Shown here piece by piece: positions 55,558 to 64,000 of a stretch of 64,000 nucleotides of DNA. Below the pieces are notes generated by a model, which ran no database searches, was not told the DNA's origin, and saw only the letters and a program-made list of their open reading frames with translations. The translations under genes and the position numbers were made by a program. This stretch comes from Patescibacteria group bacterium (GTDB lineage Bacteria; Patescibacteriota; Patescibacteriia; UBA10025; JAHIVO01): the NCBI GenBank assembly GCA_041660605.1, contig JBAZWB010000001.1:265295-329294 (forward strand), read 5' to 3'. Positions within the stretch are counted from its first letter, which is position 1. Every line of letters starts with the position of its first letter.

Positions 55558-57453
55558 ATGTGCGGAATCGTAGGCTATATCGGCACCCAGAGTGCCAAAC
55601 CAATTCTCATGGAAGGACTGAAAAGGCTGGAATATCGCGGCTATGATTCGGCTGGCATCGCGACTATCAGCGACTCCCTGCATCTCCAGAAAACCAAGGG
55701 CAAGATCAGCGTGCTGGAGCAGCTTTTGGAAAAAAATTTCATGCCCGGGTCGGTGGGCATCGCCCATACCCGCTGGGCCACCCATGGCGAACCTTCCAGC
55801 GTTAATGCCCATCCCCACGTGGATTGCCAGGAGACGATCGCAATCGCGCACAACGGCATTATTGAGAATTACCGCACCCTAAAGAAATTGCTGCAAAAAG
55901 AAGGGCATGTTTTCAGATCGGAAACCGATACTGAGGTCATCGCCCATTTGATAGAAAAATATCATAAAAAATTAAATCTGGAACTGGCAGTGCAAAAAGC
56001 CCTGAGCCAGCTGGAAGGCGCCTACGGGATCGTGGTGGTCAGCGGCAATGAGCCGGATAAATTGGTGGCCGCCCGCAAAGGCAGTCCGCTGGTCCTGGGC
56101 ATTAAAGACAAGGACTTTTTCATCGCTTCGGATACCTCGGCAATACTGCCTTTTACGCGCCAGGTAATTTATTTAAAAGACGGAGAAATGGTAACTTTAT
56201 CAAATGGCGATTTCCGGCTGACCACGCTGGATAACAAGGATGTTTTAAAAAATATTGAGCAGGTTGACTGGGACCTGGAAATGATCGAGAAAGGCGGGTT
56301 CCCGCATTTTATGCTGAAAGAAATATTCGAGCAGCCCGAGGCGATCGAAAATACCATGAGCGGGCGCGTAAAAAAAGGCGTGGCCGGCATTCATCTCGGC
56401 TGTATGAGCAACGGCCTGCCAAAGGCTCTGGAAAAAATTGATTCTATAAAAATATTAGCCTGCGGCACTTCCTGGCATACGGGACTGCTGGGAGCGTTTT
56501 TAATGGAAAAAATGCTGCGCCTGCCGGTCACCTGCGAGCAGGCTTCGGAATTCAGGTACCGCCATCCGGTCATCAAACCACAAACGCTGGCGATCGGCAT
56601 CTCGCAATCAGGAGAAACCGCGGATACCAAGGGAGCCATTGAGCTGACCCACGAATTAGGAGCGTATAATCTCGGCATCGTTAATGTGGTTGGCTCTTCC
56701 ATCGCCCGGCTGGTGGACAGCGGCATTTACACGCATGCGGGCCCGGAAATCGGCGTCGCCTCAACCAAAGCCTTCTCCTGCCAGGTGGTGGCGCTTTCCA
56801 TGCTTAATCTCGCGCTGGCGAACATTCTGGACGAACACCAGCCGCTGGAAGATAAAAAGAAGAGAATTCCGAAAAAAGATTATTTAAAAATAGTCAATGA
56901 GCTTTGCGCTTTGCCTGATAAAATCCGCAAGGTTTTAGGCAGCATTTACGATATGAAGAATGATACCGGCGTTATCAAGGATATTGCCAGAGAATTTAAA
57001 GATGAGAATAATTTTCTTTATCTTGGCCGGGGCTATAATTTTCCCATTGCCCTGGAGGGAGCTTTGAAGCTAAAAGAGATTTCCTATATCCACGCTGAGG
57101 GGTATTCGGCCGCGGAAATGAAACACGGGCCGATTGCCTTAATTGACCAGAATATGCCGGTGGTGATTATCGCGCCCCAGGACAGCGAGGATCCGGTCAG
57201 CTATGAAAAGATTGCTTCCAATGCCGAAGAAGTGCGGGCACGCGGCGGACGGATAATCGCCCTGGTCAGCGAAGGTGATCAGGTTATCTCGCAAATGGCT
57301 GAATGGGCCATCTTTATTCCGCACACTCTGGCGCATTTAGTGCCGGTACTGGCGGCGGTACCAATGCAGTTGTTAGCCTACGAAATTGCCGTGCTGCGGG
57401 GGCTGGATCCGGATAAACCGAGGAATCTGGCAAAATCGGTGACCGTTGAATGA
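55558..57453 (+). CDS. glmS: Glutamine-fructose-6-phosphate transaminase
   Basis: MCGIVG, EYRGYDSAG, HTRWATHG, SQSGETADT, PRNLAKSVTVE. Confidence 0.98.
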   Translation: MCGIVGYIGTQSAKPILMEGLKRLEYRGYDSAGIATISDSLHLQKTKGKISVLEQLLEKNFMPGSVGIAHTRWATHGEPSSVNAHPHVDCQETIAIAHNGIIENYRTLKKLLQKEGHVFRSETDTEVIAHLIEKYHKKLNLELAVQKALSQLEGAYGIVVVSGNEPDKLVAARKGSPLVLGIKDKDFFIASDTSAILPFTRQVIYLKDGEMVTLSNGDFRLTTLDNKDVLKNIEQVDWDLEMIEKGGFPHFMLKEIFEQPEAIENTMSGRVKKGVAGIHLGCMSNGLPKALEKIDSIKILACGTSWHTGLLGAFLMEKMLRLPVTCEQASEFRYRHPVIKPQTLAIGISQSGETADTKGAIELTHELGAYNLGIVNVVGSSIARLVDSGIYTHAGPEIGVASTKAFSCQVVALSMLNLALANILDEHQPLEDKKKRIPKKDYLKIVNELCALPDKIRKVLGSIYDMKNDTGVIKDIAREFKDENNFLYLGRGYNFPIALEGALKLKEISYIHAEGYSAAEMKHGPIALIDQNMPVVIIAPQDSEDPVSYEKIASNAEEVRARGGRIIALVSEGDQVISQMAEWAIFIPHTLAHLVPVLAAVPMQLLAYEIAVLRGLDPDKPRNLAKSVTVE

Positions 57454-57466
57454 TTATTTATTGGCA

Positions 57467-57495
57467 TTGACAAAATCATTGATTTGATATATGAT
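57467..57495 (+). promoter_or_regulatory. Sigma70 promoter
   Basis: TTGACA-17-TATGAT. Confidence 0.7.
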
Positions 57496-57579
57496 ACTAG
57501 GAATTTCATCTTGTAGTCGTTTTTTCGTAAACCTTTAACCAACAGAACCTTAATTCACTCTATCCACGGAGGGTAAGTA

Positions 57580-57786
57580 ATGGCACGATTCACGGCCGGG
57601 CAGGATGTACAATATCCTGCAAGCATAATTGCTGGCGAAGAAAAGCCACAGATGCGCAAAGGGAAAATTGAATTCGTCGGCGGTAACATGCTGAGTATCA
57701 TCGACGTAGAAACCGGCGTAAGCGCGCTTCGCTTTTTCGCCGTAGACGGGACTATCATTGTCCCTGTTATGAAGCCGAAAGAATAA
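57580..57786 (+). CDS. Small hypothetical protein (68 aa, beta-rich)
   Basis: GGAGG SD, own promoter and terminator. Confidence 0.6.
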   Translation: MARFTAGQDVQYPASIIAGEEKPQMRKGKIEFVGGNMLSIIDVETGVSALRFFAVDGTIIVPVMKPKE

Positions 57787-57812
57787 GGGCTCTGAATAGG
57801 AATTTGTACATG

Positions 57813-57848
57813 AGCTGTCACTGGGTTTCCCGGAGACAGCTTTTTTTA
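57813..57848 (+). terminator. Intrinsic terminator
   Basis: AGCTGTC..GACAGCT followed by a T-run. Confidence 0.75.
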
Positions 57849-57980
57849 TCCTCCTACATGCCTTTATAGTTAATTATGAAGGCTAATTTGACATAATTTT
57901 TATCCGGTGATATGGTTATTCCAGCAAAACCTTCCCTAAATTTTCGGGAAGGGATTTTTTTTATGGGAAGATTAGGTGCT

Positions 57981-58011
57981 TAGCATATAGCATATGGCTT
58001 ATAGCAAATAG
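57981..58011. repeat. Heptamer tandem repeats left of the four-helix bundle gene; inverted counterpart at 58399-58427
   Basis: TAGCATA TAGCATA TGGCTTA TAGCAAA; right side on the minus strand reads CAGCGAA TAGCTTA TAGTATA TGGCTAT. Confidence 0.7.
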
Positions 58012-58052
58012 TTTAAGTTAAATGATAGTAAATTATTACTAATAAAACAACT

Positions 58053-58403
58053 ATGTTTAGATTTGAGACATTGGAAATTTGGAAAGAGGCGATAATTTTT
58101 GTGAATAAAATTTATCTCACTACTGAAAAAAACTTTCCGAAACATGAGTTATATGCTCTCACAAGCCAAGTGCGAAGAGCAGCGATATCTGTTTCTGCGA
58201 ATATCGCCGAAGGCTCGGCTAATGACAGTATAAGGGGTTTCAAATTATTTTTGAATTACAGCATCCGTTCTTTAGTGGAAGTAATTTCTGAGCTCTATAT
58301 TGCAAGAGATAGAGAGTATATAAATAATCAAGATTTTAACTCCCTATATTTAAATGCTGAAGTACTAGTTAAGAGGATAACTTGTTTTAAAAAAAGTTTA
58401 TAG
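58053..58403 (+). CDS. Four helix bundle protein (23S rRNA IVP family)
   Basis: FETLEIW, FPKHELYALTSQVRRAAISVSANIAEG. Confidence 0.93.
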   Translation: MFRFETLEIWKEAIIFVNKIYLTTEKNFPKHELYALTSQVRRAAISVSANIAEGSANDSIRGFKLFLNYSIRSLVEVISELYIARDREYINNQDFNSLYLNAEVLVKRITCFKKSL

Positions 58404-58434
58404 CCATATACTATAAGCTATTCGCTGTTGAGTT

Positions 58435-59940
58435 ATGAGAAAACTATCAAAATCAAAAATTTTCCTATACAGCAGCCTGGCTTTTATCTTTGGCGTGGCT
58501 ATTCGGTCGTTAATAAATATTCCTATGTGGCTGGCGCTGACGTTCGGGTCGGCAGGAATAATTATGCTAATTTGGCGGGTAAAAATTTTATGGAGAGTCT
58601 GCGCGATTTGTCTGCTGATGATTTCCTGCGGCATTTTCAGGTACCAGATGTCGATTCCGCATAATAATAATTCAAGCGTTCAGCATTTTAATAACCAAAA
58701 AGCCAGTTTTATTGCATTGATTACAACTGAGCCGGATACCAGGAAGGATCACGTGAAACTGGCCGTTGAAATAAAAAAAGGTTTAGATAATATTCCAGCA
58801 GCAGTGCAGGGTAAAGTGTTAATTAACGCAACATTATATCCGGAACACCATTATGGAGATTTGTTGCAGATTGATTGCCGGCTGCAGGCGCCGGAGCCGA
58901 TAAAAGACGAGGAATCAGGCAGGATTTTTAATTACGACAAATATCTAGCCCGCTATGACATTTATTCCATATGTTATCGGCCGGGCATCAAGCTTCTAGC
59001 TGCTGACCAGGGTAATATTCTTTTAGCCGCCCTTTTGTCAGTTAAAAATAAGTTTGTTCAATCTATCCAGCTATCCCTGCCAGAACCGCAGGCTTCTTTT
59101 CTCGGCGGGCTGGTCCTGGGCGCGAAGAGGGCGATTCCCGACGATTTGATGGAAAGTTTCGCTCGTACAGGCACTACGCATATCGTGGCTTTATCGGGCT
59201 ACAACATTACAATTATTGCTGTTTTAATTTCAAATCTGTGCAAGCACCTGTGGATTTCCAGAAAAAAAGCTTTTTGGGTGTCTGCGGCGGCTATCGCCTT
59301 TTTCGTTTTAATCACCGGCGCGCAGGCCTCAGTCGTCAGGGCGGGGATTATGGGCATGCTGGTTTTACTGGCTACCCAGATGGGGCGCCTGAGCCGGATC
59401 ACCAATGTGTTAATTTTGGCAGCAGTAATAATGTTACTGGTGAATCCGAAGGTCTTGGTTTTTGATGCCGGATTTCAATTGTCTTTTTTGGCGACCGTGG
59501 GGCTTGTTTATGTGTCGCCAATTGTTAAAAGATTTTTTAATTGGCTGCCGGACTTTTTCCAAATCAGGGAAAATTTGGTGGCCACCCTCTCTGCCACTTT
59601 AATGACATTGCCTTTGATAATTTTTCAGTTTGGACGCCTGTCTTTAGTGGCTCCGCTGGTGAATGTTTTAATCCTGCCGGCTATTCCTATTGCTATGGGC
59701 TTTGGTTTTGTCATGGGGTTACTGGCGCTGATCTGGCTGCCGTTGGGGCCGGTGTTCGGCTGGATAGTCTGGTCAATTTTGAGTTATATAATTTTTATAG
59801 TTAATAGTTTTGCCAAGTTAAACTTCGTGGCTTTTGAATTTGGCCAAGTCAGATGGCTCTGGCTGGCGCTAGGCTATGGGTTTTTAACATTAATATTATT
59901 CAAAGCCAGAAAATCAGAAGCCAGTATGATTAAAGTGTAA
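58435..59940 (+). CDS. comEC: ComEC/Rec2 competence protein, membrane part
   Basis: FNYDKYL, GTTHIVALSGYN, SVVRAGIM, GFQLSF. Confidence 0.94.
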   Translation: MRKLSKSKIFLYSSLAFIFGVAIRSLINIPMWLALTFGSAGIIMLIWRVKILWRVCAICLLMISCGIFRYQMSIPHNNNSSVQHFNNQKASFIALITTEPDTRKDHVKLAVEIKKGLDNIPAAVQGKVLINATLYPEHHYGDLLQIDCRLQAPEPIKDEESGRIFNYDKYLARYDIYSICYRPGIKLLAADQGNILLAALLSVKNKFVQSIQLSLPEPQASFLGGLVLGAKRAIPDDLMESFARTGTTHIVALSGYNITIIAVLISNLCKHLWISRKKAFWVSAAAIAFFVLITGAQASVVRAGIMGMLVLLATQMGRLSRITNVLILAAVIMLLVNPKVLVFDAGFQLSFLATVGLVYVSPIVKRFFNWLPDFFQIRENLVATLSATLMTLPLIIFQFGRLSLVAPLVNVLILPAIPIAMGFGFVMGLLALIWLPLGPVFGWIVWSILSYIIFIVNSFAKLNFVAFEFGQVRWLWLALGYGFLTLILFKARKSEASMIKV

Positions 59941-59948
59941 ATAATTTT

Positions 59949-60992
59949 ATGCCAAACAGATTCATTTCAAAAAAAATATTTATATGCTTATTTGGTTTGT
60001 TAACAGTTTGTTGTCTATTGTTTGCGCTGGTCTGGCAAAGCGAACAAAATAAAAATCTAAAGATAATATTTTTTGATATCGGCCAGGGAGACAGCATTTA
60101 CATCCGCACGCCCTCGCAGCAGGACATATTGATAGACGGCGGGTCGGATTCCGGAGTCCTGGCAAAACTGGGGCGGGCCATGCCGTTCTATGACCACACG
60201 ATTGACCTAATGGTATTGACGCACGCCCACGCGGATCACGTGGCCGGATTAGTTGAAGTGCTGAAACGTTATAAGGTGCGGAAGGTTTTATACAGCGGAG
60301 TGGAGGATTCAGCGCCGGAATTTCTGGAATGGGAGCGGTTGATAAATGAAAAAGGCGTTGAAATGACCATTGCCAAGGCTGGCCAGGAATTTATTTTTGA
60401 TCAAGCGGGCATGAAAGTTTTATATCCAACTGAAGATTTAAGGCAGAATAAATTTGACGACTTAAACGAGACTTCAATAGTTACACAGCTGGTTTACCAG
60501 AACACCTCGTTTTTATTCACCGGCGACGCGCCGGTAAAAGTAGAAAAGGGTTTGTTGGAATTCTATCAGCAGCTCGGGTCAGGAGTTTTAAATATCGCTG
60601 AAGCGAGCCCGCCCGCCTTGCTCACGCCTGCATCGACTTCGTCGATACGAAGTCGGGCAGGTCGCAACGCGAAGCGGGCGGGGGCTTCAGCGTACCCTTT
60701 GGAAGGGGCTCCAGCAAACCCGCTAAAGAGTGATGTTCTGAAAGTCGGGCACCATGGGAGTAAATATTCCTCTTCGCTGGAATTTCTCCAAGCTGTTGAC
60801 CCGCAGTACGCGGTGATTCAGGTGGGAAAGGATAATAAATTCGGGCATCCGCATGAGCAGGTCGTTAAAAGATTAAATGGATTGGGCTTTAATGTTTTAA
60901 GAAATGATCTTGAAGGAGACATTACCATGGAGTCCGATGGCGATAATATTCTATTGACAGATAAGAATGATAGTGTTAATATCATCAGATAA
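59949..60992 (+). CDS. ComEC metallo-beta-lactamase domain protein with an in-frame palindromic insert
   Basis: DIGQGDS, THAHADHVAG, LFTGD, LKVGHHGS, FGHP. Confidence 0.92.
   Translation: MPNRFISKKIFICLFGLLTVCCLLFALVWQSEQNKNLKIIFFDIGQGDSIYIRTPSQQDILIDGGSDSGVLAKLGRAMPFYDHTIDLMVLTHAHADHVAGLVEVLKRYKVRKVLYSGVEDSAPEFLEWERLINEKGVEMTIAKAGQEFIFDQAGMKVLYPTEDLRQNKFDDLNETSIVTQLVYQNTSFLFTGDAPVKVEKGLLEFYQQLGSGVLNIAEASPPALLTPASTSSIRSRAGRNAKRAGASAYPLEGAPANPLKSDVLKVGHHGSKYSSSLEFLQAVDPQYAVIQVGKDNKFGHPHEQVVKRLNGLGFNVLRNDLEGDITMESDGDNILLTDKNDSVNIIR
60548..60721. mobile_element. Nested palindromic element inside a coding sequence
   Basis: Arms GGGTTTGTTGGA/TCCAGCAAACCC, CGCTGAAGC/GCTTCAGCG, CCCGCCCGC/GCGGGCGGG, CGACTTCGT/ACGAAGTCG. 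Confidence 0.75.
60954..60982 (+). promoter_or_regulatory. Sigma70 promoter within the comEC 3' end
   Basis: TTGACA-17-TAATAT with TG. Confidence 0.6.
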
Positions 60993-61038
60993 TTTTGTAC
61001 GTTGATTTATTAACTTTCTCCACAAAGAAGGAGGGGAG

Positions 61039-62106
61039 ATGACAGAACAAAGACAAGCTGATTCCATTGAAACACCAGGAGAACCGGATCCGCCAGAGAC
61101 ACCAATCACCACCGAAGGCAAGTCAGACTGGCTGTCGAACTTTTTTGGCAGCACTGTCAATGAATTGCCTATTGTTTTGAGGGTGATAATGTTCGGTGCC
61201 TGGATATTCATTATGGCAATTATCCTGCCCAAGGCGCCTATCGCGTCGCTAATTATTCTGGGCGTGGTCTGGCTGCTTTTTGGCTTCAGGAAGATTCCCT
61301 GGGGGCACCGCGCTTTGATAACGATATTTGACCGCCGTCTGCCATTTGCTCTGGAAGAGGGGTGGAAGCCGGTTATACCGTTTATCTGCGGATTGATTGA
61401 AGTTGACATCCGTGAAAGGGAAGTCAAGACAATCATTACACATTCGTCTCATGACGGACTGCCAATCATTGCTCAAGTCACGTTCTACTGGTACCCGCCG
61501 CGCCAGGAAGATGAGGAGCCTGGGCTTCTGTCCGGGCGTAGACTGCTGTCTTTTACTCAGTTGGAGAGCAAAGTTATTGAGGAAAAATTGCTTTCCAATG
61601 TCGCCGCTGCTATTGAGAGCGAAACGGTTCTCTATACGCATGACCAGTTGATTGGCATACATATTGTCAATATTCTGGCCGAGGCGAGCGATGGGAAAAC
61701 TGTAACGCAAACTGATAATCCAGCATCAGGCAAGATTGTCGCCGTGCGGTTCGAAATTGCGAAAACAGTCGCGGCATACGTTCAGGGTATTGTTCCCGAG
61801 GTGACACTGAGGCAGGTCGTTATTAATCGGATTGACTTCGATGAAACGACGCAGGCTGCTCTAGCTCTGGCTCTTGGAGCGATCATTGAGAAAACGAAAG
61901 ATCGCATTGACGTAGAAAAAGATATTCTGCGCGCCAAGCTGTATATGACAGAAGTAAATGCGGACAGGCCGGAGGGTCAGAAAATGACGCTCGACCAGGC
62001 TTACCGCGAAATCAGAACACTTGATAACGCGGAGTATGCCTCAAAGCTGGGCTTAGGTCCGCAGATATTGCAGATGATTACCTCTAAGTTTACCACGACA
62101 GGCTAA
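61039..62106 (+). CDS. Divergent SPFH/band-7-like membrane protein
   Basis: Two TMs, then KIPWGHRALITIF..R....LEEG, S.DGLPI. Confidence 0.6.
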   Translation: MTEQRQADSIETPGEPDPPETPITTEGKSDWLSNFFGSTVNELPIVLRVIMFGAWIFIMAIILPKAPIASLIILGVVWLLFGFRKIPWGHRALITIFDRRLPFALEEGWKPVIPFICGLIEVDIREREVKTIITHSSHDGLPIIAQVTFYWYPPRQEDEEPGLLSGRRLLSFTQLESKVIEEKLLSNVAAAIESETVLYTHDQLIGIHIVNILAEASDGKTVTQTDNPASGKIVAVRFEIAKTVAAYVQGIVPEVTLRQVVINRIDFDETTQAALALALGAIIEKTKDRIDVEKDILRAKLYMTEVNADRPEGQKMTLDQAYREIRTLDNAEYASKLGLGPQILQMITSKFTTTG

Positions 62107-62120
62107 AGAAAGGATTCTGA

Positions 62121-62351
62121 ATGAATAGTGACATGCAATCCCGGCCTCAGCAGGGTATGCAGAGATTCTATACTGGATTGGCCGTAGTTTTCTGGATGAT
62201 ATTCATTGCCGTACTTCTGGCATTCGTGGTCGGCTGGATGCAAATCAGCGTCCGATTCTGGGTGGGGATTATCTGCTCTTTTGCCCTGGCTGTGGTTTTC
62301 ACGATCATACTCGCACGATGCAGAAGCAAGGCCAAGGATAGTACAGTTTAA
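62121..62351 (+). CDS. Small two-TM hypothetical protein
   Basis: AAGGA SD, hydrophobic helices. Confidence 0.6.
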   Translation: MNSDMQSRPQQGMQRFYTGLAVVFWMIFIAVLLAFVVGWMQISVRFWVGIICSFALAVVFTIILARCRSKAKDSTV

Positions 62352-62376
62352 TTGCCATTCTTACTAAAGATTGGCA

Positions 62377-62409
62377 GGGCACCGCTTGAAAAAGTAGGTG
62401 CCTTTTTTT
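62377..62409 (+). terminator. Intrinsic terminator
   Basis: GGCACC..GGTGCC followed by a T-run. Confidence 0.7.
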
Positions 62410-62425
62410 ATACACAGGAATGCTC

Positions 62426-62454
62426 TTGACAAACTCTATGATATGTTGTAGTAT
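62426..62454 (+). promoter_or_regulatory. Sigma70 promoter
   Basis: TTGACA-17-TAGTAT. Confidence 0.65.
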
Positions 62455-62688
62455 GGAGGGTCATGATAAATTACCCACAATGTAATTTATTATGAACTGA
62501 GATCAGTAATGGTCTTTGACAATTTGTAAACAGTTTAAGGCAACCATAAACTAAACTCACCTCTAAATTAGAGGGTGAACAGAAAGGATGGTACAGTATG
62601 TACCACAAAGCTGTGATGCGGTGTTTGAGGACACCCAGAACAAAACCTCAGGAAACAATAACCACTCTTTATAGAGGAGGTGAGTTAG

Positions 62689-63972
62689 ATGGCTAAAGAA
62701 GACAAACATCAAGTGCAGACATCCGACGCGCCCGTAACAGCTGAACACGATCAAAAGGTTAATGTCGAGAAGGTTATGGGTCGGGGAACTGACGTGATGA
62801 TTCGATACTTCCTTGGGAGGTTATCGACATTCGCAAAGAAAAGCGGGGCTATCAATTGGCTCAGACAAAAGGGTTTTGATCCAGGTAAAATGCCGATGGG
62901 CTTCGAAATGTTGAGGGGACTGAGTGCAGCAATGCGTGAGTTTACCGACGACATCAAGAACAAGCAGTGGAAAGCAACAGCCAACACACTTGTTGAAGAG
63001 CTTTCCCAAATCCTCGAATTACTTGCGATGGATGATGGGAAGACTCCGACCACTGGAGCAACCGTTGTTCCAGCTACCGCAGTTGAGCCAAGTAAGAAAT
63101 CAGGCTTCGACAACTACATGTATTTCCTGATGCAGCTGCCGCCGGATTCGCTCAAAGCGTTTCTTGAAGCCATTGACGGATTTGATCGTGAGGCAGTTAC
63201 GCTTCGCGAGAAGATTGGCTTGATGACTCCCAAACAAATGGAGATTATCGTCAAAAAACTCGGTAGTTCGGTTGATCCTAAGTATTGGACAGACCTGGTC
63301 AAAACCGTGCAGCAATCGTATCTGCAGGACCGGATCAAGCAGGACGAGACGGGTGTTGAGCAGTCGATACTCGCTCTTGAGCCGGAAGATCAGAAGAAGG
63401 CCATTAATTTCCTCCAGGCCTGTATGCATGAGTCACGGGCATATTTTGACCATGCGCTTACCAGGCTGAAGAGCTATACGGTCGCTGAGTGGCATCAGTT
63501 TCTCGAGCTGTCAACAGACAATGATCGGGCAACGCTACTCGGTATCAAGCTCGACGGCGATAAGATCAGCAACTCCGTCGCTGAACTGGAGAAGTTTCGT
63601 CTCTGGTTCAGTGGCTGTTGGCACCATCTGGCTGAGGTTTTGGCAACGCTCAAATCAAATGAGATACCCCATGTCCAGGAAGCCATTAGCCTTCTGGATA
63701 AGAAAGATCGGGAGTATCAGGATCGGATCGCGCGAGCCAGTTTTCAGATCATGTGGCTCAAGCGGATCGGCATCCCGATTGCTGTCGTTTTGCTTTTCAT
63801 CTCGACTACTGTCCCGACAATGGGCCGGATTGGGTGGATTGCGACCATCGGTTTCGGCTTGATCGCACTAGTGATCACCATCATCGTGGCGGGAATGCGG
63901 TGGAGCACTAACTACGTTTCACCCGCGCAAGTTCAAGAACAAGATGTTAAGAGGAGTGAAGGTAATGTTTAA
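62689..63972 (+). CDS. Hypothetical helical protein with two C-terminal TM helices
   Basis: AGGAGGTG SD, 427-aa ORF, no family recognised. Confidence 0.7.
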   Translation: MAKEDKHQVQTSDAPVTAEHDQKVNVEKVMGRGTDVMIRYFLGRLSTFAKKSGAINWLRQKGFDPGKMPMGFEMLRGLSAAMREFTDDIKNKQWKATANTLVEELSQILELLAMDDGKTPTTGATVVPATAVEPSKKSGFDNYMYFLMQLPPDSLKAFLEAIDGFDREAVTLREKIGLMTPKQMEIIVKKLGSSVDPKYWTDLVKTVQQSYLQDRIKQDETGVEQSILALEPEDQKKAINFLQACMHESRAYFDHALTRLKSYTVAEWHQFLELSTDNDRATLLGIKLDGDKISNSVAELEKFRLWFSGCWHHLAEVLATLKSNEIPHVQEAISLLDKKDREYQDRIARASFQIMWLKRIGIPIAVVLLFISTTVPTMGRIGWIATIGFGLIALVITIIVAGMRWSTNYVSPAQVQEQDVKRSEGNV

Positions 63973-64000
63973 GACAATAACTGAGTTGCTCAAGCGGGGC

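Noticed and set aside
55540-55560. glmS ribozyme
   Set aside because: glmS starts 1 bp after prfB, leaving no leader
58053-58403. Diversity-generating retroelement (Avd)
   Set aside because: No reverse transcriptase or TR/VR pair with A-specific mismatches in the window

Overview
This is a chromosomal window from a small-genome bacterium that looks like Patescibacteria/CPR. That placement is inferred from the gene set, the mostly SD-less core genes, Asn-rich linkers and a giant pilin-headed protein. It uses genetic code 11, since prfB is present with its UGA frameshift. The backbone is ordinary: dsbA-like pair, lgt, parAB, topA-dprA-mfd, pilM/pilT, pth, der, LCP, lepB-hisS-HIT-rpsU-yqeY, ybeY-dgkA-ftsAZ, nrdR-nrdJ, htrA, glnA, prfB, glmS and split comEC. 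The most unusual signal is non-coding and lies at two tRNA loci. At 25772-26305, an intact tRNA-Val(GAC) bracketed by 17-bp inverted repeats sits inside the anticodon loop of another tRNA-Val-like gene. It is followed by an otherwise base-identical duplicate carrying precise palindromic insertions in the D-, anticodon (37/38) and T-loops. At 2843-3880, both Met tRNAs carry a covarying ~100-nt structured leader, and there are also tRNA-3'-end tandem repeats and a hairpin-disrupted tRNA-Leu. Related nested palindromes are inserted in frame in comEC. Together these suggest a hairpin-loop-targeting micro-element system whose mobilising enzyme is not in the window. Other highlights are a 3350-aa pilin/Ig/Cys-rich surface protein followed by three Ca-repeat membrane proteins, and a compact B12 capture-adenosylation-RNR operon. 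All calls come from reading motifs by eye; no searches were run.
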